Position numbers and translations under genes: made by a program. Under the pieces are notes generated by a model, which ran no database searches, was not told the DNA's origin, and worked only from the letters and a program-made list of their open reading frames with translations. Shown here piece after piece: positions 1 to 8,760 of a DNA stretch of 56,968 nucleotides. This DNA is from a virus (taxonomy: Duplodnaviria > Caudoviricetes): positions 1 through 56,968 of IMG/VR virus record IMGVR_UViG_3300046779_001715; one strand, written 5' to 3'. Within the stretch, counting starts at the first letter, position 1, and each line of letters begins with the position of its first letter.

Positions 1-868
1 CACGTAGGTATTGTTCTGCTTTTAACTTAGGCAAATTACCAACGTCAATATAAAAAATGCGGCGCTCAGGAGCACGTGAAATACGATAGATAACAGTTGC
101 ATCTTCAATCATCCTTAATTGATTAAGGGGTTTGATTGCTTTGTGTAGATATGATAACACAACGGCACGGCGTGCATCCATCAAACCAGAAACAACTGAT
201 ATGATAGAGTCAGTAGTGATACGAACACCAACTGGACCATAGTTGGAAGAAGAACCTGATACTACCTTATCGTTGTAGATGTAGTATTCGTTGACTGTGT
301 TAACTAAATCAACACCTGTTCTTTCGTCTTTTTGTTTTTTAATCTCACGTACCTTACGCAATTTGCGTGGATCAATGTATCGTAATTCTTTGATACCAGC
401 AGTTGGGTTTGTTTTGTCTATAATCATATGGTAGTAAAGTCTACCATCAATATAGTATCTACGGAAAACATCTTGTGCCATATTTCCATAGTTTAATAGA
501 CTCAAAACATTTTGAAATTCTGCTTTGATTGCCTTTTTAATTTTTTCTGGTTGTTCCAGATTATCTAAAACGATTTCTGTAATTTTACCGTCATCGTCTT
601 GTACGATTGCTTCATTAACAATATCATCTATTGCAGATTCAATTTCAGGTTGCATAGCCATTTCACGGTAACGAGAAATGAGTTCAACTTCATTCTTTGC
701 AGTACCGTCTAGGTCAACATATGTTCCATAATATGCAGCAGATTGTATTGTTAATGCGCCGTCATCAGAAGCTGGAGGCGAAAAAGATTGCTGAACGGAT
801 TTCTCCTGTTCAGTTTCGTCACGTGATATAGTAAATCCGAAAAGCGAAAATTTATTTGTATTTGCCAT
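1..868 (-). CDS. gp20: Portal vertex protein (T4 gp20 family), 3' end outside the window
   Basis: Not in the ORF track; translated by hand from ATG at 868: MANTNKFSLFGF...RYREMAMQPEIESAIDDIVNEAIV...YIDGRLYYH...LRYIDPRK...SYLHKAIKPLNQLRMIEDATVIYRISRAPERRIFYIDVGNLPK. These are gp20 motifs, and the gene follows gp19. Confidence 0.97.
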   Translation of the reverse strand, partial: MANTNKFSLFGFTISRDETEQEKSVQQSFSPPASDDGALTIQSAAYYGTYVDLDGTAKNEVELISRYREMAMQPEIESAIDDIVNEAIVQDDDGKITEIVLDNLEQPEKIKKAIKAEFQNVLSLLNYGNMAQDVFRRYYIDGRLYYHMIIDKTNPTAGIKELRYIDPRKLRKVREIKKQKDERTGVDLVNTVNEYYIYNDKVVSGSSSNYGPVGVRITTDSIISVVSGLMDARRAVVLSYLHKAIKPLNQLRMIEDATVIYRISRAPERRIFYIDVGNLPKLKAEQYLR

Positions 869-892
869 ATTTGTTTTTCATTTCAAAGTCAA

Positions 893-923
893 TAAAACAT
901 AATAGGAGGGCCGAAGCCCTCCT
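893..923 (-). terminator. Intrinsic terminator / C(UUCG)G hairpin after the tail tube gene
   Basis: Minus strand reads AGGAGGGC-TTCG-GCCCTCCT (perfect 8-bp stem, 904-923) followed by a U-rich tail (ATTATGTTTTA). UUCG hairpins are typical of T4 intergenic regions. Confidence 0.85.
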
Positions 924-930
924 TAAAGTA

Positions 931-1473
931 TCAAGTAGTTGTTTGTGATTCCCACCATTGATATGCGAATGTAACTGAAAATTCTTCAATTGCATCGTTA
1001 GAACCCCAATCTAAATCAATTGGTGCCAAATCAATAGGGAACATACCAACAAACTTATATTTCTTCAATGATTCACCAGTCTTACTAAATTGTGTAACTT
1101 CAGCATCAACTGAATAGTTTGATGGACGAGCTGCGCCTGTGTTACGAATATTTGAGTAGTGACTGTTGATGGAATTCATCCAATTTTCCATTGCATTTCT
1201 GATAACGAAATCTTCGTCATTGATAATCTGCAATGTCCAGTCGGCAAATGTTCTGTTACCGGCAAATTTCATTTCACGACCAAAGTAATAAACTGGTACA
1301 GTTCCAATGGTTGAACCTGGTAACTGTGCAGTTTTAGCCATGAATGTTACTTTTTGACCAGCAGCTGTTCCGTTTTGCACAATAGATGGAAAAATTAAAG
1401 AAACAGAGAATAGATTAGGACGGGCACCGTCTCCAATCATATTTGCTCTAAATTCTGTTACATTAAATGCCAT
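931..1473 (-). CDS. gp19: Tail tube protein
   Basis: GARPNLF, AQLPGSTIG, GRE.KFAGNRTFADW, INDEDF, IDLDW and IEEFSVTF.YQWW motifs; lies between gp18 and gp20. Confidence 0.96.
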   Translation of the reverse strand: MAFNVTEFRANMIGDGARPNLFSVSLIFPSIVQNGTAAGQKVTFMAKTAQLPGSTIGTVPVYYFGREMKFAGNRTFADWTLQIINDEDFVIRNAMENWMNSINSHYSNIRNTGAARPSNYSVDAEVTQFSKTGESLKKYKFVGMFPIDLAPIDLDWGSNDAIEEFSVTFAYQWWESQTTT

Positions 1474-1494
1474 TATTTTCTCCTGTTATAGTTT

Positions 1495-1502
1495 TATTTA
1501 TT
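1495..1502 (-). promoter_or_regulatory. Putative T4-type late promoter (AATAAATA) upstream of gp19
   Basis: TAAATA core overlapping the gp18 stop codon, followed by AGGAG RBS. Confidence 0.55.
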
Positions 1503-3186
1503 AAGCTGCACCAACGACAGTCACGAAGTCAACGCCGGTAGCAACAGCAACAAAGTTCAACTGAATGTAGTTAACAGAACGTGCAGGTTTAATATAGATA
1601 TCACCAACGAATTGGTTACCATCAATCACTTGCTGTGTGTTATTTGTGTTGTCACAGATAACTTTAAAGTCTGTTATACCACGGCGACCTTGAATGTCAC
1701 GCAAGAATGGTGTTACAAGTGCCACAAATTGAGCACGTGTGAATTCATCATTCAATTCAAACAAAGAGAACTTAGCAGCTTGTGAGATTGCTTTTTCTAA
1801 CGTAATAAACAATCTACGAACATTGATACGGTCAAATGCGGAAGGTTTATTAACCAATGTTTTGTCTCCAAATAGAACGATACCTTGTCCTGGGAATGAC
1901 ACAACAGAATTTACACCAGCTGCATACAATGAATCTCTATCCGTTTTAGATGGATTCCATGCAAGCTTGATTGCATTTTTAATTTGACCACGGTTGAAAC
2001 CTGCTGGTGAGAACCATGGATCACGCACTGTGTCTGTTGTAACACATAGACCAGCAATGTCAGAGTTCAAAGGAATCCAACGATATACGTTATTGTATTT
2101 GTCAAATTGGTATTTCCAACCAGAATCAGCAACAACATAATCGCTAGAGCGAGCTAGAGTTGCCAACCAGTTTGTGATATTGTCTGATTCAGAACCAGCT
2201 TGATTAACAACATCAGCTTGACGAGGAGAAATAAATGCCACACAGTCTTTACGAACGTTAACGATATTGTCAATTACATATTGTTGAACTGTAGCGTTTG
2301 CATTACCAGTTATTACCAATGAAATGTCTGTTGAATCTTTATTATTGAACAAATCCCAGCAGGCTGTCAAATCGCCATTTGCTGGAGTAGAATCTGCACC
2401 ATCTGATAAAGATACTAGAATGTTCTCTGTTGGGTTTGCAAATTCAACACCAGCAGCTGGTGAACCCCATGTAGCAGATGTGTCTGCATAAGAAACAGGG
2501 TCAACTGCATAAATGTATTTTGAGTTATTGAAGATTACCTGTTTGTAGTAATTTGATGTTCCATTAATCTGTGCGTCAGATGCAGCAGAAACAAAAGCAA
2601 AAGTTTCTAAAACAGTACCAGCAGAACCAGTGAATAAACCTCCACGGTCGATAACTATGATGTGCATTTCATCGTTGGAACCATCAGCATTTGAAACATA
2701 ATCAGAAGTACCAGGAGCACTTGTGAAATAACCTTTGTAAGCCCAACTAGAAAACTGATCCGCAGCTGCACAAACAGCAACGTCAATTGAATTGCCTAAT
2801 GCACCAGGGTATCTTGCAATGAACGCACCATAGTCATTAGAGTTGTCACCATTTAAAAGTGTATAACTGAAATCATCTTCATTCTTAACCAACACTGTAT
2901 CTAAATCACCAGCGTTTAAGGCAGAAGTACCTACTGCACGTACCAATTGTAAGTTGTTTGCGTATGCCAAGAAATTAGATGCTGCAAAGAAAGATACCGC
3001 TGTAGTACTATCTGGTTTGCCAAATGTTGATACTAAAGAAAGTTCATTGTCAATAGTTTTGATTTTTTCCGCTGGGCCCCATTTAAATGTTCCAGCAAAA
3101 GCACCAGCGGTAGTTTGTAGTGAAGGTACAACTGTGGTTGCATCTACTTCTGTTACAGTTACGCCTGGAGAGATTTGAAACGCCAT
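1501..3186 (-). CDS. gp18: Contractile tail sheath protein
   Basis: N-terminal SPGV...E.D, F.WGP, PWFSPAGFNRG, LFGDKTL, SAFDRINVRRLF and IYIKPARSVNYIQLNFVA motifs. Confidence 0.97.
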   Translation of the reverse strand: MAFQISPGVTVTEVDATTVVPSLQTTAGAFAGTFKWGPAEKIKTIDNELSLVSTFGKPDSTTAVSFFAASNFLAYANNLQLVRAVGTSALNAGDLDTVLVKNEDDFSYTLLNGDNSNDYGAFIARYPGALGNSIDVAVCAAADQFSSWAYKGYFTSAPGTSDYVSNADGSNDEMHIIVIDRGGLFTGSAGTVLETFAFVSAASDAQINGTSNYYKQVIFNNSKYIYAVDPVSYADTSATWGSPAAGVEFANPTENILVSLSDGADSTPANGDLTACWDLFNNKDSTDISLVITGNANATVQQYVIDNIVNVRKDCVAFISPRQADVVNQAGSESDNITNWLATLARSSDYVVADSGWKYQFDKYNNVYRWIPLNSDIAGLCVTTDTVRDPWFSPAGFNRGQIKNAIKLAWNPSKTDRDSLYAAGVNSVVSFPGQGIVLFGDKTLVNKPSAFDRINVRRLFITLEKAISQAAKFSLFELNDEFTRAQFVALVTPFLRDIQGRRGITDFKVICDNTNNTQQVIDGNQFVGDIYIKPARSVNYIQLNFVAVATGVDFVTVVGAA

Positions 3187-3239
3187 TTTATTCTCCTTGA
3201 ATTATTATGTGTTCTTGTGGTAAAAGATACCATAAAAGA

Positions 3240-3247
3240 TATTTATG
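3240..3247 (-). promoter_or_regulatory. Putative late promoter (CATAAATA) upstream of gp18
   Basis: One mismatch to T4 TATAAATA in the gp17-gp18 spacer; strong AAGGAG RBS downstream. Confidence 0.65.
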
Positions 3248-3258
3248 AAACAACGGAT

Positions 3259-4962
3259 TTACAACCTGTTCTGCAAATCACGTATGAACTTGGAATATGT
3301 CTCATTACCGTCTGCAACTTCCCACAAATCTCCACCCATCATTTCAAACTCATGTTCCAGTCCATCTTCAATAATAGGTGCTGGCAACATATCATCGTCC
3401 ACCTGATTCATGGTCTCTAATTGAATTTGTTTGCGAATGTCGTGATTGACGATTTCTTTGAAATATTGTTGTGTAGATACCCATCCAAAAATAACTAATG
3501 ACATAACCAAGTCATCATTTGCACCCAGAGCCGCAGCAAAAGAGTTCTTTTGTTGTTCAAAGGTGGTCAATTCTGAATATGTATCAAAGTCATTAATCGT
3601 TAATTTGTCACCTTCAATCAAAGTTTTAAGGTTGGAACAACCAATCGCCTTGACTTGTGGTGACATTTTCAAACCCATTTGAATGCCACGGGCAAATCCG
3701 GCACTCAATTGTTGTGGTTTCTTATTGCCTGTAAATACTTTCCATAGGTTTTCATACTCAAAATCTGTGTGTAAAGAGTCTGCAACCTGTGGGTTGTTGT
3801 TAATTTCTACCAAAACATATGCGTCATTATAGTATCTGGCTGCATTGTAGATAACGGTAGGGAATAGAATAGGTGTGATTGACGAACTGGCATATGTTGC
3901 CACTTGTTTGTATGGTGTTTCTGAGATATCAATAACTTGAAATGCTGAACTGTCTAAGTTTTTACCCTCAGATACGTCAACACATATACAATACAGGTGG
4001 TCTCTTTTAGAACCATTGATACCTTCTTTGACCGGATGTTCATAGATTCTCAGCAAATCATGTTGGGCAATCGGGTCACGATATGCAATGGTCTGCAACT
4101 TGTAACCAGATACCAATGTATTTGATGAACCCAAGAACTCGGTTTCAAACTCTTGTCTGAACTGACGTTCACTGGTGTTGCGGATTGTTTCTTCTTTCCA
4201 AGCCTCATCACGACCTGGTACCATAGACCAATGAATTTCAAATGTCTTATAGTTGTTCTTCTTGTTGATTGCATCCATCCATAACTTGTAGAACAGATTC
4301 ATACCGTTAGGTGTAGATACAATAATAATCTTGGAAGTTTTACCAGATGAAATAACAGGATAAACAGAGTTAAAGAATTCTTCGGCGATATTATTTGGAA
4401 CGAACGCAAATTCATCCAAGAATACTAGGTTGAAAGAACCACCACGAACCGCAGAACTTGATGTAGATGCTGCAACAATCTTGGATCCATTTTCTAGTTC
4501 AACGTTACCTTTGTTCCACACCACAATACCTTGTTGTAACCACATAGGCAAGTTTTCATATGCCAGTTGGTATTTGCCAAGAATGTCACGTGCAAGTGAA
4601 CCTTTGTTGGCTAGAACAGCAACGTTTTGTGTATCTGTAAACAATGTCAACCAAAGAAGATATGCAACCGAGGTGGTAGTTTTACCAACCTGACGAGGAC
4701 ATTTTGTGATTGAGAAACGATTGTTGTGATATGTGCGGATCATTTCTTTCTGAAATGGCCACATCTTAAACTTCATTAGACCTACGTCAACGTTGACAAT
4801 CGTTACATAGTTTTCTGCAAAGTATACAGGATCTTTTGCACACTTTTTATATTCTTCAACAGTTTCTTTAGTCCACTCTACCTTAACACCAACTTTTTTA
4901 AGTAAAGGGTTGTCTCTATACGAGTCTTTATTTTCTAAAACATAATCATCATCATCAATCAT
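3259..4962 (-). CDS. gp17: Terminase large subunit
   Basis: Walker A PRQVGKTT, Walker B VFLDEFAF, coupling motif IIVSTPNG, FRQEFE, nuclease acidic motifs VDVSEG and NDDLVMSLV. Confidence 0.98.
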   Translation of the reverse strand: MIDDDDYVLENKDSYRDNPLLKKVGVKVEWTKETVEEYKKCAKDPVYFAENYVTIVNVDVGLMKFKMWPFQKEMIRTYHNNRFSITKCPRQVGKTTTSVAYLLWLTLFTDTQNVAVLANKGSLARDILGKYQLAYENLPMWLQQGIVVWNKGNVELENGSKIVAASTSSSAVRGGSFNLVFLDEFAFVPNNIAEEFFNSVYPVISSGKTSKIIIVSTPNGMNLFYKLWMDAINKKNNYKTFEIHWSMVPGRDEAWKEETIRNTSERQFRQEFETEFLGSSNTLVSGYKLQTIAYRDPIAQHDLLRIYEHPVKEGINGSKRDHLYCICVDVSEGKNLDSSAFQVIDISETPYKQVATYASSSITPILFPTVIYNAARYYNDAYVLVEINNNPQVADSLHTDFEYENLWKVFTGNKKPQQLSAGFARGIQMGLKMSPQVKAIGCSNLKTLIEGDKLTINDFDTYSELTTFEQQKNSFAAALGANDDLVMSLVIFGWVSTQQYFKEIVNHDIRKQIQLETMNQVDDDMLPAPIIEDGLEHEFEMMGGDLWEVADGNETYSKFIRDLQNRL

Positions 4963-5381
4963 TCTTGACCTTTTAGGAGTTTATTCAACTCTGCGGTAGA
5001 ACCAACAAAAATGGCTTTGTCAATCTTGGTATCGCCTTCACCTTTTTTCTTACCATCCATATCTCGTATAGTTTTTTGGATGTTTAGAAGTTCTTTATTT
5101 GCATCTACCATGTTCTTTAATAAAGTACCATAGACCTCAAAGGCTCTTGGGTGTTGACCTGCCTTGGCAATTTGTAGAATTTCATCCATTGCTTCTTTGC
5201 CTTGGTCGATAATTTCTTGCAAGTTTTCTTTTGACTGTTGGTATGCATCAGTCAAATCTTGTTTCATATCTGGATCATTATAATTTACTGTAACAACCTC
5301 TGAAGATTTTTTTGTTTTTTCTTCAGGCACAATTGGTGTCACATCAAATATTTTTTCCATATTTTTATCAAAAGTGTTCAT
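4959..5381 (-). CDS. gp16: Terminase small subunit
   Basis: HPRAFEV and AIFVGST.EL.KLL motifs of T4-like gp16; overlaps the gp17 start. Confidence 0.93.
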   Translation of the reverse strand: MNTFDKNMEKIFDVTPIVPEEKTKKSSEVVTVNYNDPDMKQDLTDAYQQSKENLQEIIDQGKEAMDEILQIAKAGQHPRAFEVYGTLLKNMVDANKELLNIQKTIRDMDGKKKGEGDTKIDKAIFVGSTAELNKLLKGQE

Positions 5382-5396
5382 AGTTTAAATTGTTGA

Positions 5397-5642
5397 TTAG
5401 ACAATACGATTATTTGCTGTGTTAGCCAATTGAAAAGCACTTTGTGCCAAAACATAGGCTGCATTAGCCTTGTCAAATGCTGCTTGCATTGAGATTGTTA
5501 AAGCAGCAATTGCAGGTGTATGTGCCGCAGCTGTTGAATATAATTCTGTAAAATTGTTATTGGTTTTACCAAAAGAAACTCTAATGGTATCTCCTGATCC
5601 ATCGTTTGCTCTTGTTCCAACATTGATTGTTTGTTTAGCCAT
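5397..5642 (-). CDS. Small structural protein: gp9/gp10-like N-terminal motif plus short Ala-rich coiled coil
   Basis: MAKQTINVG..ANDGSGD.IR..F.K.N.NF.ELY resembles the T4 gp9/gp10 N-terminus, followed by AAFDKANAAY heptads. Confidence 0.7.
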   Translation of the reverse strand: MAKQTINVGTRANDGSGDTIRVSFGKTNNNFTELYSTAAAHTPAIAALTISMQAAFDKANAAYVLAQSAFQLANTANNRIV

Positions 5643-6651
5643 TTGGTGTCTCGATAATTGTTGTGATTAATTTGTCGGTATTGTCTACTGTAATATCCGA
5701 ATCTACAGTTTCTATATTATCAGAAGCATCAATATTTGTATTAACATTAATTTCCACAAATTTATGTGGTTGTAAATTGTATGATGTAAACCTATAACTG
5801 GTCAAAGTATTAACACCGTATATAGGCATAGTGGAAATAAAGTCACCATTGATTTCAGTCAATTTTAATTTGTTGTTTGACCATCCAATCACTTTTGCCA
5901 TTGCTGTCGATGATTTAAAAGAATAACCTTGATAAACAATTTCACCGATGCGGTAGTCACCTGCACCTGATGTTTCATCAATTGAAAATTCTATAACATC
6001 ATCAGATGTAATTTTATTGTAAATGTTTGTAATTGAATGTGTAATTACATTGACATCCGTTTTCTTACCAAAGATATATCCTTTGACAGTGAAGTTTAAT
6101 GTCCAAATAACCATACGGGTATCTTTGTCTCTGTTGCCTTCATATTGAATGTCTTGATTGCAACTGTTCAATATGATAGGCACTTCTTTGATTACACCCA
6201 TTTCAGGAACCATATTGATTTTAACTGTATAGTCTGGTGTAAAGTATGGTAAAATGTGTTCGATAATTTGTGTACCATCTTCAATGTTACGAACATAAAG
6301 ATACAAATTGAAATCAAAATTATATGGAACAGGATTGTATTGTGCGGTTATACCATTATTTGTCTGAGCAAAGTTTTTTATATTTGTGTTTTGTTTTCTT
6401 GTGGCATCATATGATAGACCCATCATTTCAAACGACAACCTAGGTAGAGTAATTTGAGTTTTTTTGTCCAATGCCATATCTTCTTCAAGGCGCATAACAT
6501 ATGATTCTTTAGCCGCATATGCAATTGGTACCAAAACTCTGTGAGCTTCAGTATTATCTTGGTTGTAACGAACTAGGCTGATGTTGTCAAACAGGTTGCC
6601 AAATGCTACAACTAATTTTCTAATTGAACGATTGTAATAAGGTGTAGACAT
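5635..6651 (-). CDS. gp15: Tail sheath stabiliser / tail completion protein
   Basis: SIRK.VVAFG.LF, VPIAY, TLPRLSFEM, PVPYN, QIIEHILPYFTP and WTLNFTVKG motifs; carries a C-terminal extension. Confidence 0.93.
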   Translation of the reverse strand: MSTPYYNRSIRKLVVAFGNLFDNISLVRYNQDNTEAHRVLVPIAYAAKESYVMRLEEDMALDKKTQITLPRLSFEMMGLSYDATRKQNTNIKNFAQTNNGITAQYNPVPYNFDFNLYLYVRNIEDGTQIIEHILPYFTPDYTVKINMVPEMGVIKEVPIILNSCNQDIQYEGNRDKDTRMVIWTLNFTVKGYIFGKKTDVNVITHSITNIYNKITSDDVIEFSIDETSGAGDYRIGEIVYQGYSFKSSTAMAKVIGWSNNKLKLTEINGDFISTMPIYGVNTLTSYRFTSYNLQPHKFVEINVNTNIDASDNIETVDSDITVDNTDKLITTIIETPNG

Positions 6652-7532
6652 TATAGGTTTCCAAATGGATTAGTTTCACTAAAATCTATGATGGTATTGG
6701 ATTGATTATCCATATAATTATTATCATAAACTTCATTTCTTACGTTATCTGCTAATGGATCATACAGACGCAATGTTCTTTGTGTGCCCGATTCTTGGCC
6801 AATTACAGAAATACTACCGATAAATTCACCGGAAATATTCATAACTGTTAATGTGTTTGCTAATTGATTCCAACTTTGAACTACAGCAACAGCAAAAGCA
6901 TTACCATATGTATTGTCCATGGATTGAAAAACAATTTCTTTTTCTGTGTAGTTACCTGAACCACCATCAAACAATAAATCAATACTGTATGCAGACTGTG
7001 TTGCCACATCATCAATTTCATATACACCAGTGTCGATAACTTCTTGTGAATATTTGAATTTCTCAAGTTCCAATTCATAGAAGAATGGAATCTTACGACC
7101 CAACATGAAGAAGTCTTTAGTGTGATTTGTGAATTTAATTTCAAACAACTCACCGGTACCATTTAAGAAAGGTACATAAATCAAATCACCTTCTCTTGGT
7201 CTCTCAAAATTATTTTGTGGTACTCGTTGAGAGAATGAACGCTTAGATATAATAATGGTGATATTGTTTTTGATTTCTAAACCAAACTTAGAGAAGAACT
7301 CTCTTTCACCACCATATTCTAGTGCATTTGATAAGTAGAACTCAACTGGAAATGCCGCACTGAAACGTTTGATTGGGTCTTCACCATAAAGAATGTCTCG
7401 GTCTTCTTCATTCTCAATTGGGCAATAGTATGCATCAAAACCCATAATCTTAATGGACTCTGTGATGAGGTCTTCTACAACTCTTTGTTCAGCCAAAGAA
7501 TTGTAGTTATTGAAGTAGACTGAGGTTGCCAT
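6651..7532 (-). CDS. gp14: Neck protein
   Basis: EQ..VEDLI.ESIKI.G, FSKFGLEI, RPREGDLIY.P and DFSE.NPFG motifs. Confidence 0.94.
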   Translation of the reverse strand: MATSVYFNNYNSLAEQRVVEDLITESIKIMGFDAYYCPIENEEDRDILYGEDPIKRFSAAFPVEFYLSNALEYGGEREFFSKFGLEIKNNITIIISKRSFSQRVPQNNFERPREGDLIYVPFLNGTGELFEIKFTNHTKDFFMLGRKIPFFYELELEKFKYSQEVIDTGVYEIDDVATQSAYSIDLLFDGGSGNYTEKEIVFQSMDNTYGNAFAVAVVQSWNQLANTLTVMNISGEFIGSISVIGQESGTQRTLRLYDPLADNVRNEVYDNNYMDNQSNTIIDFSETNPFGNL

Positions 7533-7533
7533 A

Positions 7534-8307
7534 TTAGTTCATCATAAATTCTAATGGTGCGCCGTACTTGTCACCAATTTCAGCATGTAGTGCATCTATT
7601 TCTGCTTTTGCTTCATCATAGATTTTATCACCATTTAATGTTACACCACCAGGTAACTGTATGCCATTAAACTTTTTAAGGTTGTTACCCCAAGAACGTT
7701 TGATTAATGCTGTTGCATATTCTTTTAACCAACGGTCATTCCATGCTTGTGTGTAAACATCAGGATCAATCGTGGCATAACATTCGGCAACTACAACTGT
7801 ACCAATTGGTGCCTGAGATTGTCCCCAAGACCAATCTATGTGTAGTCTTTGCATATGTCTTTGATATCTGATAGGAACTTCACCAGTGAACAGTTGTTCC
7901 AACATGCGTAGATGTTGTAGTGTCATGGTGTAGTTGATGTAAGATGCAGAGGTGAAGTCATACAACTCATTTAGACGGAGTTGGTATCTCAAGTCAAACA
8001 TGGTGATAGTTGCCTGAGAGTCATACAATGGAAATATTCTGGTAACACCAGTAATCTCTAAACGATTGTTGGCTTCATCTAATGTATTTGAAAAATCTAT
8101 GTAACGATTATCAATATCTGTTTGGTCCACACGTTTAACATAATATATTTTTTGCAAACCATCAAAGTGATAATCTTGCCAGTATTGTAATGCATCATCA
8201 ATACGGTCTTCTACCTGGTCGTCATCAACGTTGATTTCGATAACTGGAAATCCTAATCTACGCAGGCAGTATTCTTTGAATTTTTCTCTTGATGTTATTG
8301 TGGCCAT
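7534..8307 (-). CDS. gp13: Neck protein
   Basis: YCLRRLG.PVIEINV.DDQ..DRIDDALQ, WLKEYATALIK..WG.NL.KF.G.QLPGGVTLNG motifs. Confidence 0.95.
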   Translation of the reverse strand: MATITSREKFKEYCLRRLGFPVIEINVDDDQVEDRIDDALQYWQDYHFDGLQKIYYVKRVDQTDIDNRYIDFSNTLDEANNRLEITGVTRIFPLYDSQATITMFDLRYQLRLNELYDFTSASYINYTMTLQHLRMLEQLFTGEVPIRYQRHMQRLHIDWSWGQSQAPIGTVVVAECYATIDPDVYTQAWNDRWLKEYATALIKRSWGNNLKKFNGIQLPGGVTLNGDKIYDEAKAEIDALHAEIGDKYGAPLEFMMN

Positions 8308-8324
8308 GTTTTCCCCCTATAGGG

Positions 8325-8332
8325 TATTTATT
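8325..8332 (-). promoter_or_regulatory. Putative late promoter (AATAAATA) upstream of gp13
   Basis: TAAATA core overlapping the upstream stop codon; GGGGG RBS follows. Confidence 0.55.
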
Positions 8333-8747
8333 ATACTTCTGGTTCCGTTGGTTCCACATATTCGACCCAAGAAAGGGTTTCTTCATCCCAAGTCCAAGAA
8401 CCTTGTTCAGGATAAGGTGTAGGAGGTATGATGTTATAATTTTCATAATCTATTGTCCATGATGAGTAGGGACAAGATGCAACTAAATCTGCAATTTTTT
8501 GTTGACGTTCTTCATCAGAAATTTTATTAATTGTCCATACATCATAACAAACACCATCAATAATTTTGTATTCTGGTCCTTCAATAACTTCATCCCATTT
8601 AGGAAATGGTTTCTCAACACGAACAAATTTACAATATTTTTCAGGTAAGTTTTGAAAATCTATACCAGGATAAATCATTTCCAAATTGGATTGTTGGATT
8701 GGATGATTGATTGGATTGCCTTCACAAATTTCAATACATAAATTCAT
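8331..8747 (-). CDS. Hypothetical protein, possible fibre/adhesin assembly chaperone
   Basis: Acidic, Trp/Pro-rich C-terminus (PPTPYP...WTWDEETLSW); directly downstream of a Gly-rich adhesin; AAGGA RBS. Confidence 0.55.
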   Translation of the reverse strand: MNLCIEICEGNPINHPIQQSNLEMIYPGIDFQNLPEKYCKFVRVEKPFPKWDEVIEGPEYKIIDGVCYDVWTINKISDEERQQKIADLVASCPYSSWTIDYENYNIIPPTPYPEQGSWTWDEETLSWVEYVEPTEPEV

Positions 8748-8760
8748 AGTTTTTCCTTAA

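Noticed and set aside
1-4962. Introns, inteins or homing endonucleases in terminase, sheath or portal genes
   Set aside because: The genes are continuous and of ordinary length with no inserted motifs.
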